Positions 6,231 to 15,747 of a stretch of 41,914 bases of DNA are shown here, piece by piece. The stretch is from a bacterium (GTDB taxonomy: Bacteria; Patescibacteriota; Minisyncoccia; JBDRLZ01). The notes below the pieces were generated by a model. The model searched no databases. It worked only from the letters and a program-made list of their open reading frames with translations, and was not told the DNA's origin. Made by a program: the position numbers and the translations under genes. The number at the start of each line of letters is the position of its first letter. Position 1 is the stretch's first letter. The stretch lies in the NCBI GenBank assembly GCA_043812555.1, contig JBDRLZ010000010.1:1-41914 (forward strand), written 5' to 3'.

Positions 6231-7980
6231 TTTCTTGTTCTTGCGCTAATTCTTGCTTTGCCTTTTCTATTTCCAGCAACTGGGCTGGGTCAGAAGTGAT
6301 AACCTGGTCTTCAGCATAAGAAGCAACAACTCTGATTGCCGCGTGTTTTGGTCCGGCAAAAAATATTCCTTCGCCAACATTGCCCTCTAAAAGCAGATAT
6401 TTTTCTTCATCAGTCAGATAAAAAGTTTTTTGCAGTTCGTCAATTGCGGCCGGCGACTGCTTCATTAAAAGCCGCAAAGCTGAATTAGTTATAATCGGCT
6501 TGCCATAAGGCGAACTTACAAAATCAGTAATGTCTTGGGTAATTGTTGTTACGCCAAGATAATATTTGCGGGCTCTTTTAACAATACCGAACATAAACGA
6601 AGCGCCATCAGGATATTTCATCATCCACCAGGCCTCATCAACAATTAAAAGCCGCTTTTTTAATTCAGAACGGACCAAATTCCAGATATAATGCAAAATT
6701 AGATACATAGCAATTGGCCGCAATTCTTCTTCCATGTCGCGAATATTAAAGACAATTAATTTGTTTTTAGTTGAAATATTAGTCGGCTGGTTTAAAAATC
6801 CGGAAAAAGTGCCTTCAGTATATTTTTTAAGCCTTAGTCCTAATTCTTCAGCGCCGTCTATGTTGTTTAAAATAGTTTGAAAATCAGACATAGTAGGCAT
6901 TTCTTTGTTCTGCCAGCTTTCTTGAGGAATTATGTCTTTTAAAGCATAGGTCTGGATTAAAGCGCTATCTATAATCGCATCTTGTTCCGGGGTTAGTTTT
7001 GGGCCTTCAGTGGTTTTTTCGCCGAGCATAAGCCGCAAAAGACCAATTAAAGAAACGATATTATTTCTAAAGATATCTTCTGATTTTTCGTTTTCTTTTG
7101 GCTCAGGCAAATCAAACGGATTAATATGGTGCGCCGAAGATAAAGAAATTTTAACAAAAGCGCCGCCAGCTGTTTCAGTTAGATATTGGTATTCGTTTTC
7201 AGGATCAATAATAATCACATCAGTGCCGAGCATTAAAGAACGCAGAATTTCTAGTTTGCACAAATAAGACTTGCCAGCGCCGGAAGTTGCAAAAATTGTA
7301 AAATTAGCGTTTTCTAAGCTAAATCTGTCAAATAAAATTAAGCTGTTATTATGTCGATTAACGCCGTAGAGAATGCCGGTGTCAGAGCTTAAATCTGAAG
7401 AAATAAATGGAAAAGTTGAAGAAAGAGGTTCGGTATTTAAACTATTATGAATTAAGAGTTTGTCTTGAAGAAGCGGCGCAGTGGTTTTAAAGCCAATATC
7501 CATTTGGAATATAGCTGGTTTAATATAAACTAATCGGCTTTCAAAAACTTGCTTGATTCTGTCGCATTTTTTATCTAATTCTTCAATAGAGTTGGCGTAG
7601 ACAGTTATATAAAGCCCGAGCTTGAACATTCTCTCAATGCCTGTTTGGAGCTTGTCGCGCAAATCTTCCATATTTTTAATAGCGGCTTCAAGCTGGGGAT
7701 CGCGAACTTTGCCTTTTTCAGCCTCTGTTGATATTTGCGACTGGACTCTGGCTGTTTGTTTTTGCAAATTTTTTAAAATAACGCTGCTTTCCTCTGGGTA
7801 GATAAAAAGAGAAATGTCTGAACTGGTGTCTAAATTAACAACTGGCTCAAGCCAGCCAGCGTTAAGATAAGCCGGATATTCAAAAACAAAAAGTGTTCGA
7901 GAAAATTTCTCGCCTATTTGCAGATAATTGCTTTCTTTTTTTAAACTAGGCGGAGCAATTTGTTCTAGAAAATTAGTCAT
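6223..7980 (-). CDS. virB4: VirB4/TrbE-family conjugal-transfer-type ATPase, middle plus ATPase domains
   Basis: Walker A (FATSGAGKSY) and Walker B (RLLIVDEAW). The N-terminal IAPPSLKKESNYLQIGEKFSRTLFVFEYPAYLNAGWL matches the mid-region of Gram-positive VirB4 proteins (Tn916 Orf16 / CD1110 type). Confidence 0.9.
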   Translation of the reverse strand: MTNFLEQIAPPSLKKESNYLQIGEKFSRTLFVFEYPAYLNAGWLEPVVNLDTSSDISLFIYPEESSVILKNLQKQTARVQSQISTEAEKGKVRDPQLEAAIKNMEDLRDKLQTGIERMFKLGLYITVYANSIEELDKKCDRIKQVFESRLVYIKPAIFQMDIGFKTTAPLLQDKLLIHNSLNTEPLSSTFPFISSDLSSDTGILYGVNRHNNSLILFDRFSLENANFTIFATSGAGKSYLCKLEILRSLMLGTDVIIIDPENEYQYLTETAGGAFVKISLSSAHHINPFDLPEPKENEKSEDIFRNNIVSLIGLLRLMLGEKTTEGPKLTPEQDAIIDSALIQTYALKDIIPQESWQNKEMPTMSDFQTILNNIDGAEELGLRLKKYTEGTFSGFLNQPTNISTKNKLIVFNIRDMEEELRPIAMYLILHYIWNLVRSELKKRLLIVDEAWWMMKYPDGASFMFGIVKRARKYYLGVTTITQDITDFVSSPYGKPIITNSALRLLMKQSPAAIDELQKTFYLTDEEKYLLLEGNVGEGIFFAGPKHAAIRVVASYAEDQVITSDPAQLLEIEKAKQELAQEQENE

Positions 7981-8581
7981 TGGGGTTATATAAATTATAG
8001 AATAATTCTAAAATATTTTCAGTGTTAAGCGCTTGCAATTTTAAGCCCATTCCAGAAAGGCCGTTGGCAATATGATCAACTCTTTGCCAAAGCTGTTCTT
8101 TGTATCTTGAAAATGCTTCTTCTGTGAAAACAGCTTTTTTGGACGGCTTAAAAATATTTTTAGCTTTCTGCATGACAGATTCTCTTTTTGCTTCAATTGC
8201 GGCAAATGGCACAATAATATAAAACGATTTTTTCATAATATTAGCCATTTCAACCAAGCCCTTAACAAATTCAGAATACTCGGCAGTCTGAATTCTTAAA
8301 AGTTCGTTTGTTTGCGCTTCTTCTTTTGCTTTAAGCATTGTTAAATAACTGCCAATATTTAATTGCCGCGATTGGACAACAATTTGGATTGGAAAATCCA
8401 AAGAGTTTAAAAATTGCTGAAAAGCGTAAACAACTGCTTTTTGCTCTTCTTGCGATTTTAAAGCAAAATTAATAGAAGAAACCATTAAAACAGCGCGCAA
8501 GGCTTTGTTATTCAAAATAATCACGCCGTCTCTAATATCAGCAATGTCTATTATTCGGCTGGTTGATGATTTTATTGGCAT
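7973..8581 (-). CDS. VirB4 N-terminal domain encoded as a separate ORF (split VirB4)
   Basis: IIDIADIRDGVIILNNKALRAVLMVSSINFALKSQEEQKAVVYAFQQFLNSLDFPIQIVVQSRQLN resembles the first ~200 aa of single-chain Gram-positive VirB4 proteins. The stop overlaps the downstream ATG in ATGACTAA. Confidence 0.7.
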   Translation of the reverse strand: MPIKSSTSRIIDIADIRDGVIILNNKALRAVLMVSSINFALKSQEEQKAVVYAFQQFLNSLDFPIQIVVQSRQLNIGSYLTMLKAKEEAQTNELLRIQTAEYSEFVKGLVEMANIMKKSFYIIVPFAAIEAKRESVMQKAKNIFKPSKKAVFTEEAFSRYKEQLWQRVDHIANGLSGMGLKLQALNTENILELFYNLYNPND

Positions 8582-8593
8582 ATTATATTTTAT

Positions 8594-8664
8594 AATTTCT
8601 AATTTCTAATTTTCAATTTCTATTAAATTTTCAATTAATCAATTTTCAAACAGATTGAAAATTG
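8594..8664. repeat. AT-rich palindromic repeat, copy 2
   Basis: AATTTCTAATTTCTAATTTTCAATTTCTATTAAATT (8594-8629), then the hairpin CAATTTTCAA-acaga-TTGAAAATTG (8640-8664). It lies between the PrgI-like stop and the next gene start. Confidence 0.65.
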
Positions 8665-8665
8665 A

Positions 8666-9049
8666 CTATTTGGCATCTAATTTCCAGGCTAGATCGCTTA
8701 ATTGAGGTTTAATTTTAGGCAGAACCTGCTTTATCTCTGCGGGTTTTTCTATTATATCTTTTTTGGATTTTTGCGCTTTTTGAAACAAATATAATTTTGG
8801 CTTAACAAAAAATTTTAAACCGTTAAAAAACAAATAAACTAATGGCCGGCCATTGTATTTATAAAATGCCAGGGCTGCAAACAGAGCGGCGATTGGCAGA
8901 GCAAGAATAATAAATAAAGCCATTGGCGCGAATGTCCATAAAATAAACAAAATTATTGCTCCGGCTAAGCACCATAAAAATTGCTTGAGCGTTAACGGCC
9001 CGATTATTTTGTCTTCAATATGAATAAATTGTGGAACGGAAAATTGCAT
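8666..9049 (-). CDS. PrgI-family / VirB3-like small membrane protein
   Basis: The N-terminus FSVPQFIHIEDKIIGPLTLKQFLWCLAG followed by two TM helices is typical of PrgI-family proteins. It sits directly upstream of VirB4. Confidence 0.6.
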   Translation of the reverse strand: MQFSVPQFIHIEDKIIGPLTLKQFLWCLAGAIILFILWTFAPMALFIILALPIAALFAALAFYKYNGRPLVYLFFNGLKFFVKPKLYLFQKAQKSKKDIIEKPAEIKQVLPKIKPQLSDLAWKLDAK

Positions 9050-9055
9050 TATAAT

Positions 9056-9394
9056 TTATAATATTGTTTCTCTATACTTGTCCGGTTGTTTTGGCTCTCT
9101 AATTTCTACTCCATGTTCGGCTAATTCTTGTTTAATATCTGGTTCTGGATTTATTTTAGCATTTTCTTGGCTAGACACAAAGTCTGTTCCTGTGATTTTG
9201 CTAAAAATTTTCTCGCGCTCTTCTTTGCTGGTTTTAAACGAAAGCGCTGTGTCTATCATCTCTTTTGGCAGAGCTTGGATTTTGGCTGAAAACTTAGCTT
9301 TGTTTTTATTTCTTTTCTGCCATCTTAGCCATTGATCGTTTTCTATGCTTTGAATGGTCCAAGAACGATTTGTTGTTTGAGTATTTTCAGGCAT
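9056..9394 (-). CDS. hypothetical protein
   Basis: 112-aa hydrophilic, Lys/Glu-rich ORF in the operon. No motif recognised. Confidence 0.45.
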   Translation of the reverse strand: MPENTQTTNRSWTIQSIENDQWLRWQKRNKNKAKFSAKIQALPKEMIDTALSFKTSKEEREKIFSKITGTDFVSSQENAKINPEPDIKQELAEHGVEIREPKQPDKYRETIL

Positions 9395-9405
9395 GTTTTT
9401 ATAAA

Positions 9406-9804
9406 TTAAGAAGTAAAAATAATTTTATTATCTTCAAAATATTGCGTGATTTCATATATTCTCTGGGTATTTTCTTGGGTTTGGTTTTTTATGTCCATTG
9501 CCTGGGCTATTTCTAAAATTTTCTGCTGTTTTTGCGGATGATTAAACGCATTAAAAATAGCTTGTTTTTGCTCAAGAATGCCTTGTTTCACAATATGTTC
9601 TATGTCTTTTTTGGTTAGTCCTGCTAAAATTGCTGGTTCTTCTAGAGAGAAAACTTCTAAAAGCAAGGCTCTTGTTTGAGAGATTGATTTGATATAATCT
9701 GCTAAAATCGCTTTTTGCTGAATGGTCTTGATTGGATAGATAAAATGCGGATAAAGAATCCTAGCGATTATATCAACTTCTTCTATTGGTGATATGTTTA
9801 GCAT
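9406..9804 (-). CDS. hypothetical protein
   Basis: 132-aa ORF in the operon. No motif recognised. Confidence 0.45.
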   Translation of the reverse strand: MLNISPIEEVDIIARILYPHFIYPIKTIQQKAILADYIKSISQTRALLLEVFSLEEPAILAGLTKKDIEHIVKQGILEQKQAIFNAFNHPQKQQKILEIAQAMDIKNQTQENTQRIYEITQYFEDNKIIFTS

Positions 9805-9823
9805 AAATTAGCCGGTATAATTT

Positions 9824-11302
9824 TTAATAGTTTTTAATAATTTCTCTTAGAGCTTCTAATAGTTCTTGTTGGGTGGTGCATGTCCTCGCGGTTGTTCCAA
9901 TATTAATTGGATAAAGTGTAGCAATGCGCGCATGTCCTTCTTTGATAAATGCTTTGGCGGCGGCGGCGGCTTTTGCATTTGAAGCACCGCCTGCTACTGC
10001 AGAACCAGTATTAATATCAGGCAATAAATCAGCAGGGACTTTTCCTTCGTGTTCTCCGGCCAAAAAATTAACTTTAGCGCTCTTGGCTCGTTTTTGAGCT
10101 TGTGTTCCTCCTAGTTTATTAACCAGTGGAATTCTTCCAAGCGTTGCGCCGACTGCCGCGTCTCGCATGTAAGATAATCTTGTGCCTAATTTAGCCGCGG
10201 CGCCTGCTTCTTTGCCCTTTGCTCTAGCCGCTTTATAAGATTTTATAGCTTCTTGGACAGAAGTGTACCCGCTTGCTTTTTTCAACCCGGCTTGGGCCAT
10301 GCCGTAAATTTTTGCTCCGCCTTGCACTCCAAATTGCTTAGCCATAAGCAAACCGCCCAAAGTAAAGCCCAAAACCAGAATATATTGAATCAAATTATTG
10401 CCTGTTGAAAAAAACGACGAAACAGACGATTGCAAATTCGGAGCGGCAGTGCCTAAAGAATTTTTAAAGCTGTCAAAGCTGTCAGCTGTGCGCATAGCCA
10501 AGTACAAGAAAAAAGCAAAAGCCGGGGTAAATAATGCCCAGCTGATTAAACTTTTCCACCACTGCCCCCAATACTTTTCTGCTCCGGGAATAACCCGGCA
10601 TAAAAAGGCGGCCGGCGCGAAAATAGCCACAAAAGACAGAACAATTGCTCTGACAACAAGCAGCCCCGCTGCCAGCCAAATAACGATTAATGTCGCTAGC
10701 AAAACAACCACGCCCATAATCATATTGATTAAAAAATTTAGCGCTATATTTCCCGCGCTAACATTATTTCCAGCGGCTTGCCAAACCTTAGCAACGCCCA
10801 AACTGCCGACTAATTTTTGCGACATCTCCCAGTTGCCGACTCCTGATTGTTCAACAAAAAACTTAGTGAACAAATAACTCATGTCTAAGACAACATTAAC
10901 CAAAAGCATGCTGAAATTAACCAAAAGCGCGATAATAACCAGATTAACAAAAAGTTTTTTAGCGCCGTATTTCTCAATGCCTAAAATTGTTGAAATAGCA
11001 ATTGTTAATAATATAAAAATAAAGCTGATATTGGCAAGGTCGCGGATTATTTTCCAGCCCTCTGTAATAATCGGCAGATCGGTAATTTTCCAGCTTAAGA
11101 GCCAATCAAAAAGCGCGCCGCCAATATAAATGCCAAGACTTAATAATTGCATTATTAGCCAGACTATCCAGCCGAGAGTTGCGGTTAATGCTCCAGCAGT
11201 TACCGTGTCCCAGAAACCAGCTTGAGCTCTCGGCAGAAAAACAACAAAAATCAAACCTAAAGTCAGAGTTAAGATAAGAGTAAGTTTTTGATGTTTGGTC
11301 AT
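9824..11302 (-). CDS. VirB6/TrbL-like polytopic membrane protein
   Basis: 492 aa with a signal-like N-terminus, at least 6 TM helices and an Ala/Gly/Lys-rich C-terminal tail. Its position in a VirB4/PrgI locus supports the call. Confidence 0.6.
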   Translation of the reverse strand: MTKHQKLTLILTLTLGLIFVVFLPRAQAGFWDTVTAGALTATLGWIVWLIMQLLSLGIYIGGALFDWLLSWKITDLPIITEGWKIIRDLANISFIFILLTIAISTILGIEKYGAKKLFVNLVIIALLVNFSMLLVNVVLDMSYLFTKFFVEQSGVGNWEMSQKLVGSLGVAKVWQAAGNNVSAGNIALNFLINMIMGVVVLLATLIVIWLAAGLLVVRAIVLSFVAIFAPAAFLCRVIPGAEKYWGQWWKSLISWALFTPAFAFFLYLAMRTADSFDSFKNSLGTAAPNLQSSVSSFFSTGNNLIQYILVLGFTLGGLLMAKQFGVQGGAKIYGMAQAGLKKASGYTSVQEAIKSYKAARAKGKEAGAAAKLGTRLSYMRDAAVGATLGRIPLVNKLGGTQAQKRAKSAKVNFLAGEHEGKVPADLLPDINTGSAVAGGASNAKAAAAAKAFIKEGHARIATLYPINIGTTARTCTTQQELLEALREIIKNY

Positions 11303-11309
11303 CTACCTC

Positions 11310-12557
11310 CTAGTATAGCATAAACTTTTTTAAGTTATAAGGCTGAATAAAGTGGATATCTGGTTTTTCTATTTTTGTTATTTCTTGTAATCCTAAATTT
11401 ATTATAAATCCATTTGCCGGCTTATATTTCTTAACAAAACTTCTTAATCCAGAACTGCTCTTAGCTGATTTCAAATCAAATTTTGCTTCAACAGGAATTA
11501 ATTTTTGCCCTCTCTCAATCACAAAATCAACTTCTGCGCCTTGTCTTGTCCGCCAAAAATGGAGGCCAAATAATTGTTCTTGTTTTAGCAAGAATAATTC
11601 TTTAAAAATGCTATTTTCAAAAAGAGACTCGCGATCCTGCCTAATTTCTGTTCCTTTAAAATCATCTAAAAGATAATTTCTCATGCCATTATCAATAAAA
11701 TAAACTTTGGGATTTTTAATAATTTCTTGTCTTGGGTTTCTAAAATAAGGCGTTAATATAGAGATAATATAAGTTTCTTCAAGCGCCTTAATATAACGAT
11801 AGACAGTGTCTCTGTCTAATTCTGTGTTTGCTGCTAATTCATCTATGTTAATTAATTGACCAATTTGGCCAGCTAAAAGCTTAATTAGTTTATTAAACTT
11901 TGTTTTGTTCTTGATTTTTAAAAAGCCGATTATGTCTTTTTCAATATAGCTTGAATAGATATCGCTTAATACGGATTGTTTTTCGTCATTTGTAGTGCTT
12001 ATCGCCACCCGCGGATAACCGCCCCAGATTATATATTCTTTAAAAAGATCTTTTAGTTCATTTTCGTGAGCTTGATATAGTTTTTTGTTTTTGGCAGATA
12101 AAAATTCTGCAAAAGAAAATGGATACAGATAAAATATTCTTTTTCTGCCAGCTAATGATTCTTTAATTTGAGAGGCAAACTCTAAAGCAGAGGAACCTGT
12201 TAAAACAAGTTTGATATTAAGATTGCTGTCATAAATGCCTTTATAAAATTTGCCTGGGTTTTGCACTGTTTGAGCTTCATCAATAAAAACATAAATTTTT
12301 TGCTTAATGCTTCTGGTTTTCAGAAATTCAATAAATTTTGTTTGGTCCTGAACAATTTCCCAGTCTTTAATAATATCTAAATTATAATACAAAATAAGTT
12401 CTGGGCTTATTTTTTTTGTTTTTTGAAGCCAGCTTTGCAGTTGCCCCAATAAAACGGTTTTGCCAACCTGTCTTGGTCCCAAGATAATGGTCATTTCTTT
12501 TTGCTCAAGATGTCGGGCAACTTTATCTAAAAGCTCTCTTTTGACTATTTTAGGCAT
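11310..12557 (-). CDS. AAA-family ATPase (AAA_14 plus DUF4143 architecture)
   Basis: Walker A (GPRQVGKT) and Walker B-like (VFIDEAQ). The C-terminal part is restriction-endonuclease-like (EVDFVIERG...IPVEAK), as is typical of DUF4143 proteins. Confidence 0.8.
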   Translation of the reverse strand: MPKIVKRELLDKVARHLEQKEMTIILGPRQVGKTVLLGQLQSWLQKTKKISPELILYYNLDIIKDWEIVQDQTKFIEFLKTRSIKQKIYVFIDEAQTVQNPGKFYKGIYDSNLNIKLVLTGSSALEFASQIKESLAGRKRIFYLYPFSFAEFLSAKNKKLYQAHENELKDLFKEYIIWGGYPRVAISTTNDEKQSVLSDIYSSYIEKDIIGFLKIKNKTKFNKLIKLLAGQIGQLINIDELAANTELDRDTVYRYIKALEETYIISILTPYFRNPRQEIIKNPKVYFIDNGMRNYLLDDFKGTEIRQDRESLFENSIFKELFLLKQEQLFGLHFWRTRQGAEVDFVIERGQKLIPVEAKFDLKSAKSSSGLRSFVKKYKPANGFIINLGLQEITKIEKPDIHFIQPYNLKKFMLY

Positions 12558-12565
12558 TAATACCC

Positions 12566-12612
12566 ATTATAGTATAACTATTTGCGGTGTCAAGACTGCA
12601 AATTGTGGATAA
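12566..12612 (-). promoter_or_regulatory. sigma70-type promoter (TTGACA-16-TATAAT) with an upstream TTATCCACA box; predicts a leaderless mRNA
   Basis: Minus strand: TTATCCACA (12612-12604), TTGACA (12593-12588), TATAAT (12571-12566). Only 8 nt separate the -10 from the ATG at 12557, and there is no SD. Confidence 0.6.
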
Positions 12613-12697
12613 ATCAGCATAAAAACCCAAAGCCCGAGTTTCAAAGTTGTTTTTTTTGGTTGGGATTATGGATAGATTGGGGCGTAGGGAGGAAAAT

Positions 12698-15600
12698 CTA
12701 ATAACTCATGCCGCATTTTTTATCAGTTAAATCATCGCCATTCTTGATGCATTTACAAAACTCAAGGTTATCTTTTACTTGCTTTATTTCTTCTTGTGCT
12801 GCTTTAGAAGAGCTTATTCTTTTATAATCCTGTAATAATTGCTCTTCAGCTCCTAAATCAACCAAGCGCTCGGCTTCTGTTTTGTATTTTATTGCAAACT
12901 CTTTAGATTGTTTAATAATTTTTTCGAATTTTTGTTCAACCTTCCAATCGTAGCAACCTGCAGTTTCCGTGCATATTTTTATTTGTATAACTCCTTGTTC
13001 GAGGACTCGATTTCCTTTTTCGTCATATACCCAGTGCGGATAAATTTCATTAATATCAGGAATCGGTTTTGCGTCTTCTCTGTAAAGTTTTGACATTCTT
13101 TTCAACACCTTTTCCCAATATATTTGAGCTTCTAAACTTAATTCGAGACCAAGATCTCCTGTTTTTAATTTATCATTGAGTTTGTCAAGAGATATTTCAT
13201 AAATTGTTTTCATTTCATCTAGTATCTCTTGCTCATATTTCATTGATAACGCAGTATAATACACAAGCCATTGTTGTTGTCTTAATGTGCCGATATTGTT
13301 CCAAATTTCATCATCTAAATTCCAGCCCATCCAACTATCATTGTCTTGCAAATTTATAATATCCTCCATATTAATCATACTATATGGTTTGTTAAATTCA
13401 GGACTCATTTGAATTGAGCCGATTTCTTCTTCAAGCTCTACTAGTTTATTTTCTGCCCAACTGGGCTTTTGGACTTTGCCGCCCATGGCTCTGTATGGTC
13501 GGTTAGTGAGCGTTGCTTGTATTTTGATTATTGTTTTTTGCCAATCGCCATTTCCAAAACAACGAGCTTCTGGGTTTGCTGGTTGGCCGGTGATTGTCGG
13601 GTTTGTTGTGCCTTCGCCAGTGCAAGTTTTTTTCTTTTCATCCCACAGACAAACACCGGTGCTATCATAAGGAATACCTGCAGGATGGCTTTTGTAAGCG
13701 CAATCATCGCTTGTGTCAAGTACCCCCTCTGCTGTACAATCTGCTCCGATTGCATAGTCTGAACAATAACTATTTACTCCTTCGAGTATGTAATCCTTTT
13801 CCAGTTTACATAACTTTCCACAAGAGTCGCATTCCTCTGTGGCTCTTTCGCTCCATCCCGGAAATTTATCATCGCTCTTGCATATTGTTTCACATGTTTT
13901 ATTCTCATCATCTTCACATTTTTTATCTGTGCCGCAATAACGCACTTCACATGCTTCTTCGTCAGCCAGCTCTTTCATTTCTTCACACATTGTTTTTTCC
14001 TGATTTAAACATACTTTCCATTGGCACTTGGCCAATTTTTTTAATTCATCAAGGATTTTATTGGTAACTTCGGCGGCAGTAATACCCAAGCCTTTTAATT
14101 CGTCTCTTTGTTGTCTTTTAATATCAATTGCTTTTTGCAATAAAGTTATGGTGGTGTATTTGCTTCTGTTTTCAGTATCAGACATAATTTCGTCGATACC
14201 AGCATCTTGAGCAAGTCTATTTTCTTGATAAGTTTCGCAAGCTTGTCTTAATTGAGGGTTGTCTTTAAATTGGGCGCAAGGATCTATAGAAAGCTCTTCT
14301 TCTTCATCAGGAGTTAATTTATCAAAGCCCCAGCTAAAAGCCCTAAGTCCTTCTTTAATAATCCTGTTATAACTGGCATTGGCCAGGGCTTTTGTATAAG
14401 CCTCTACTTTTTCCGGTGGCAGTAAATAAGCAGCTGCTCCTGCAGCAGTGAGCTCGCCTTTTTTGCCTTCTGTTGAGAGATATTCTTCTACTAATTTAAG
14501 ATTTTCCTGGACTGCTCGTTTATAATCATCAGTCGCGAATTCACCGACCGAAGAACCCGGGGTTAAAACTTCTTCTCTGGTACAAACAAAACCAATGTTT
14601 TTAAGCAGGGCTATTTCGTTTTCTGTGCCAAATGTGCAAAGATTCAAATTATTCGGCCAATTTGCTGTGCATTCGCTTGTGTTGATTACGCCACATTTTT
14701 GAAACATATCAATTGTCGCCAAATCTACTACATCGTATGTTTCTTTTAAAAATTCTTTTCTAAATGTGTTTCTCACCTTGCGGCAATAAAAATTATCTAA
14801 ACCATTAATAGAATTTATAGTTTCGTCTGAAGGCCAGAGCATCTGGAGAGCCATAAATTCTATAACAGGAAACTTAGTTTCTGCTTCTGCTATTTTTCCC
14901 TCTAACTCGACAAGAGTATTTACCTGCCTAATAAATGTGCGGACTAGATCTGGGTTGCTCCATTCCATGCACTGTTTAGTTGATTTCCAGCCGCCGCTTG
15001 TTTCAAACTCTCTGATTGCTTCTTCTTCAGCTTTTGCAACCTGCACATTTTGAGCATCTATAGTTAATAAATACATGCCGTAAAAATTATTTTGCGGTTG
15101 AGTTATTTTCAGCCAGGAATCCCAGCCGCCTTCAAAATTTTCATAAAAACCTTCAAGATTATTTTCAATATCGCCTAAAGTGCATTCTGCTTCTTTATAA
15201 AATTGTTCTACATCATAGCGCTGGTGAGGCGAAAGAGACAGGGCTAATTCTTTTATTGGATTTTGTAATGGTTTGCATATTTTATCAGAGCCCACAAAAG
15301 TAGTAATAAATTTGGCTCCGGCCGCAGAGCCAGCTTCGCGTATGTAATCTCCTTGATTTTTAATGTACATCGATAGATTCGGCGCGTTTGGGTCCCCTTC
15401 AATTATGCCTGTTAAAGCGTCAACATTAGCATCAAGAAATTGTGTAGTGAATTTTTTGCTGGCTGAAAGAATAGAATTAGCTATTTTTGCTTTCCACCAT
15501 TCTGTATTGGCTAATTTTTGCTCCAAGAGATCTTTAGCCGCGAGATACGCTATATCTTTCATTTCTTTAACTACTGCCCAAATGAATTTACCTACTGTCG

Positions 15601-15742
15601 TAACAGCAGTTAAAAAAGAGGAAGGGCCAAGTGCTTCTGCTTTTTTGGGTCTAATAAGAATATTTAATGAAATATTTGCTAGTATTACCAAGATTAAAAG
15701 CAAAGCAACTGGTTTTTGGAGGTGATTGTTGCTAAAAATCAT
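12698..15742 (-). CDS. large membrane-anchored cysteine-rich surface protein, hypothetical
   Basis: 1014 aa. N-terminal TM anchor (VALLLILVILANISLNIL). The central region is Cys-dense (CQWKVC...CEVRYCGTDKKCEDDENKTCETICK...). No enzymatic motif recognised. Confidence 0.7.
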   Translation of the reverse strand: MIFSNNHLQKPVALLLILVILANISLNILIRPKKAEALGPSSFLTAVTTVGKFIWAVVKEMKDIAYLAAKDLLEQKLANTEWWKAKIANSILSASKKFTTQFLDANVDALTGIIEGDPNAPNLSMYIKNQGDYIREAGSAAGAKFITTFVGSDKICKPLQNPIKELALSLSPHQRYDVEQFYKEAECTLGDIENNLEGFYENFEGGWDSWLKITQPQNNFYGMYLLTIDAQNVQVAKAEEEAIREFETSGGWKSTKQCMEWSNPDLVRTFIRQVNTLVELEGKIAEAETKFPVIEFMALQMLWPSDETINSINGLDNFYCRKVRNTFRKEFLKETYDVVDLATIDMFQKCGVINTSECTANWPNNLNLCTFGTENEIALLKNIGFVCTREEVLTPGSSVGEFATDDYKRAVQENLKLVEEYLSTEGKKGELTAAGAAAYLLPPEKVEAYTKALANASYNRIIKEGLRAFSWGFDKLTPDEEEELSIDPCAQFKDNPQLRQACETYQENRLAQDAGIDEIMSDTENRSKYTTITLLQKAIDIKRQQRDELKGLGITAAEVTNKILDELKKLAKCQWKVCLNQEKTMCEEMKELADEEACEVRYCGTDKKCEDDENKTCETICKSDDKFPGWSERATEECDSCGKLCKLEKDYILEGVNSYCSDYAIGADCTAEGVLDTSDDCAYKSHPAGIPYDSTGVCLWDEKKKTCTGEGTTNPTITGQPANPEARCFGNGDWQKTIIKIQATLTNRPYRAMGGKVQKPSWAENKLVELEEEIGSIQMSPEFNKPYSMINMEDIINLQDNDSWMGWNLDDEIWNNIGTLRQQQWLVYYTALSMKYEQEILDEMKTIYEISLDKLNDKLKTGDLGLELSLEAQIYWEKVLKRMSKLYREDAKPIPDINEIYPHWVYDEKGNRVLEQGVIQIKICTETAGCYDWKVEQKFEKIIKQSKEFAIKYKTEAERLVDLGAEEQLLQDYKRISSSKAAQEEIKQVKDNLEFCKCIKNGDDLTDKKCGMSY

Positions 15743-15747
15743 AATGA

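Noticed and set aside
10398-11129. Antisense ORFs inside the VirB6-like gene; similar ones lie inside the 1014-aa gene at 12908-15725 and inside 15748-16572
   Set aside because: These are shadow ORFs opposite long, well-supported membrane or surface protein genes. Several overlap each other in different frames.
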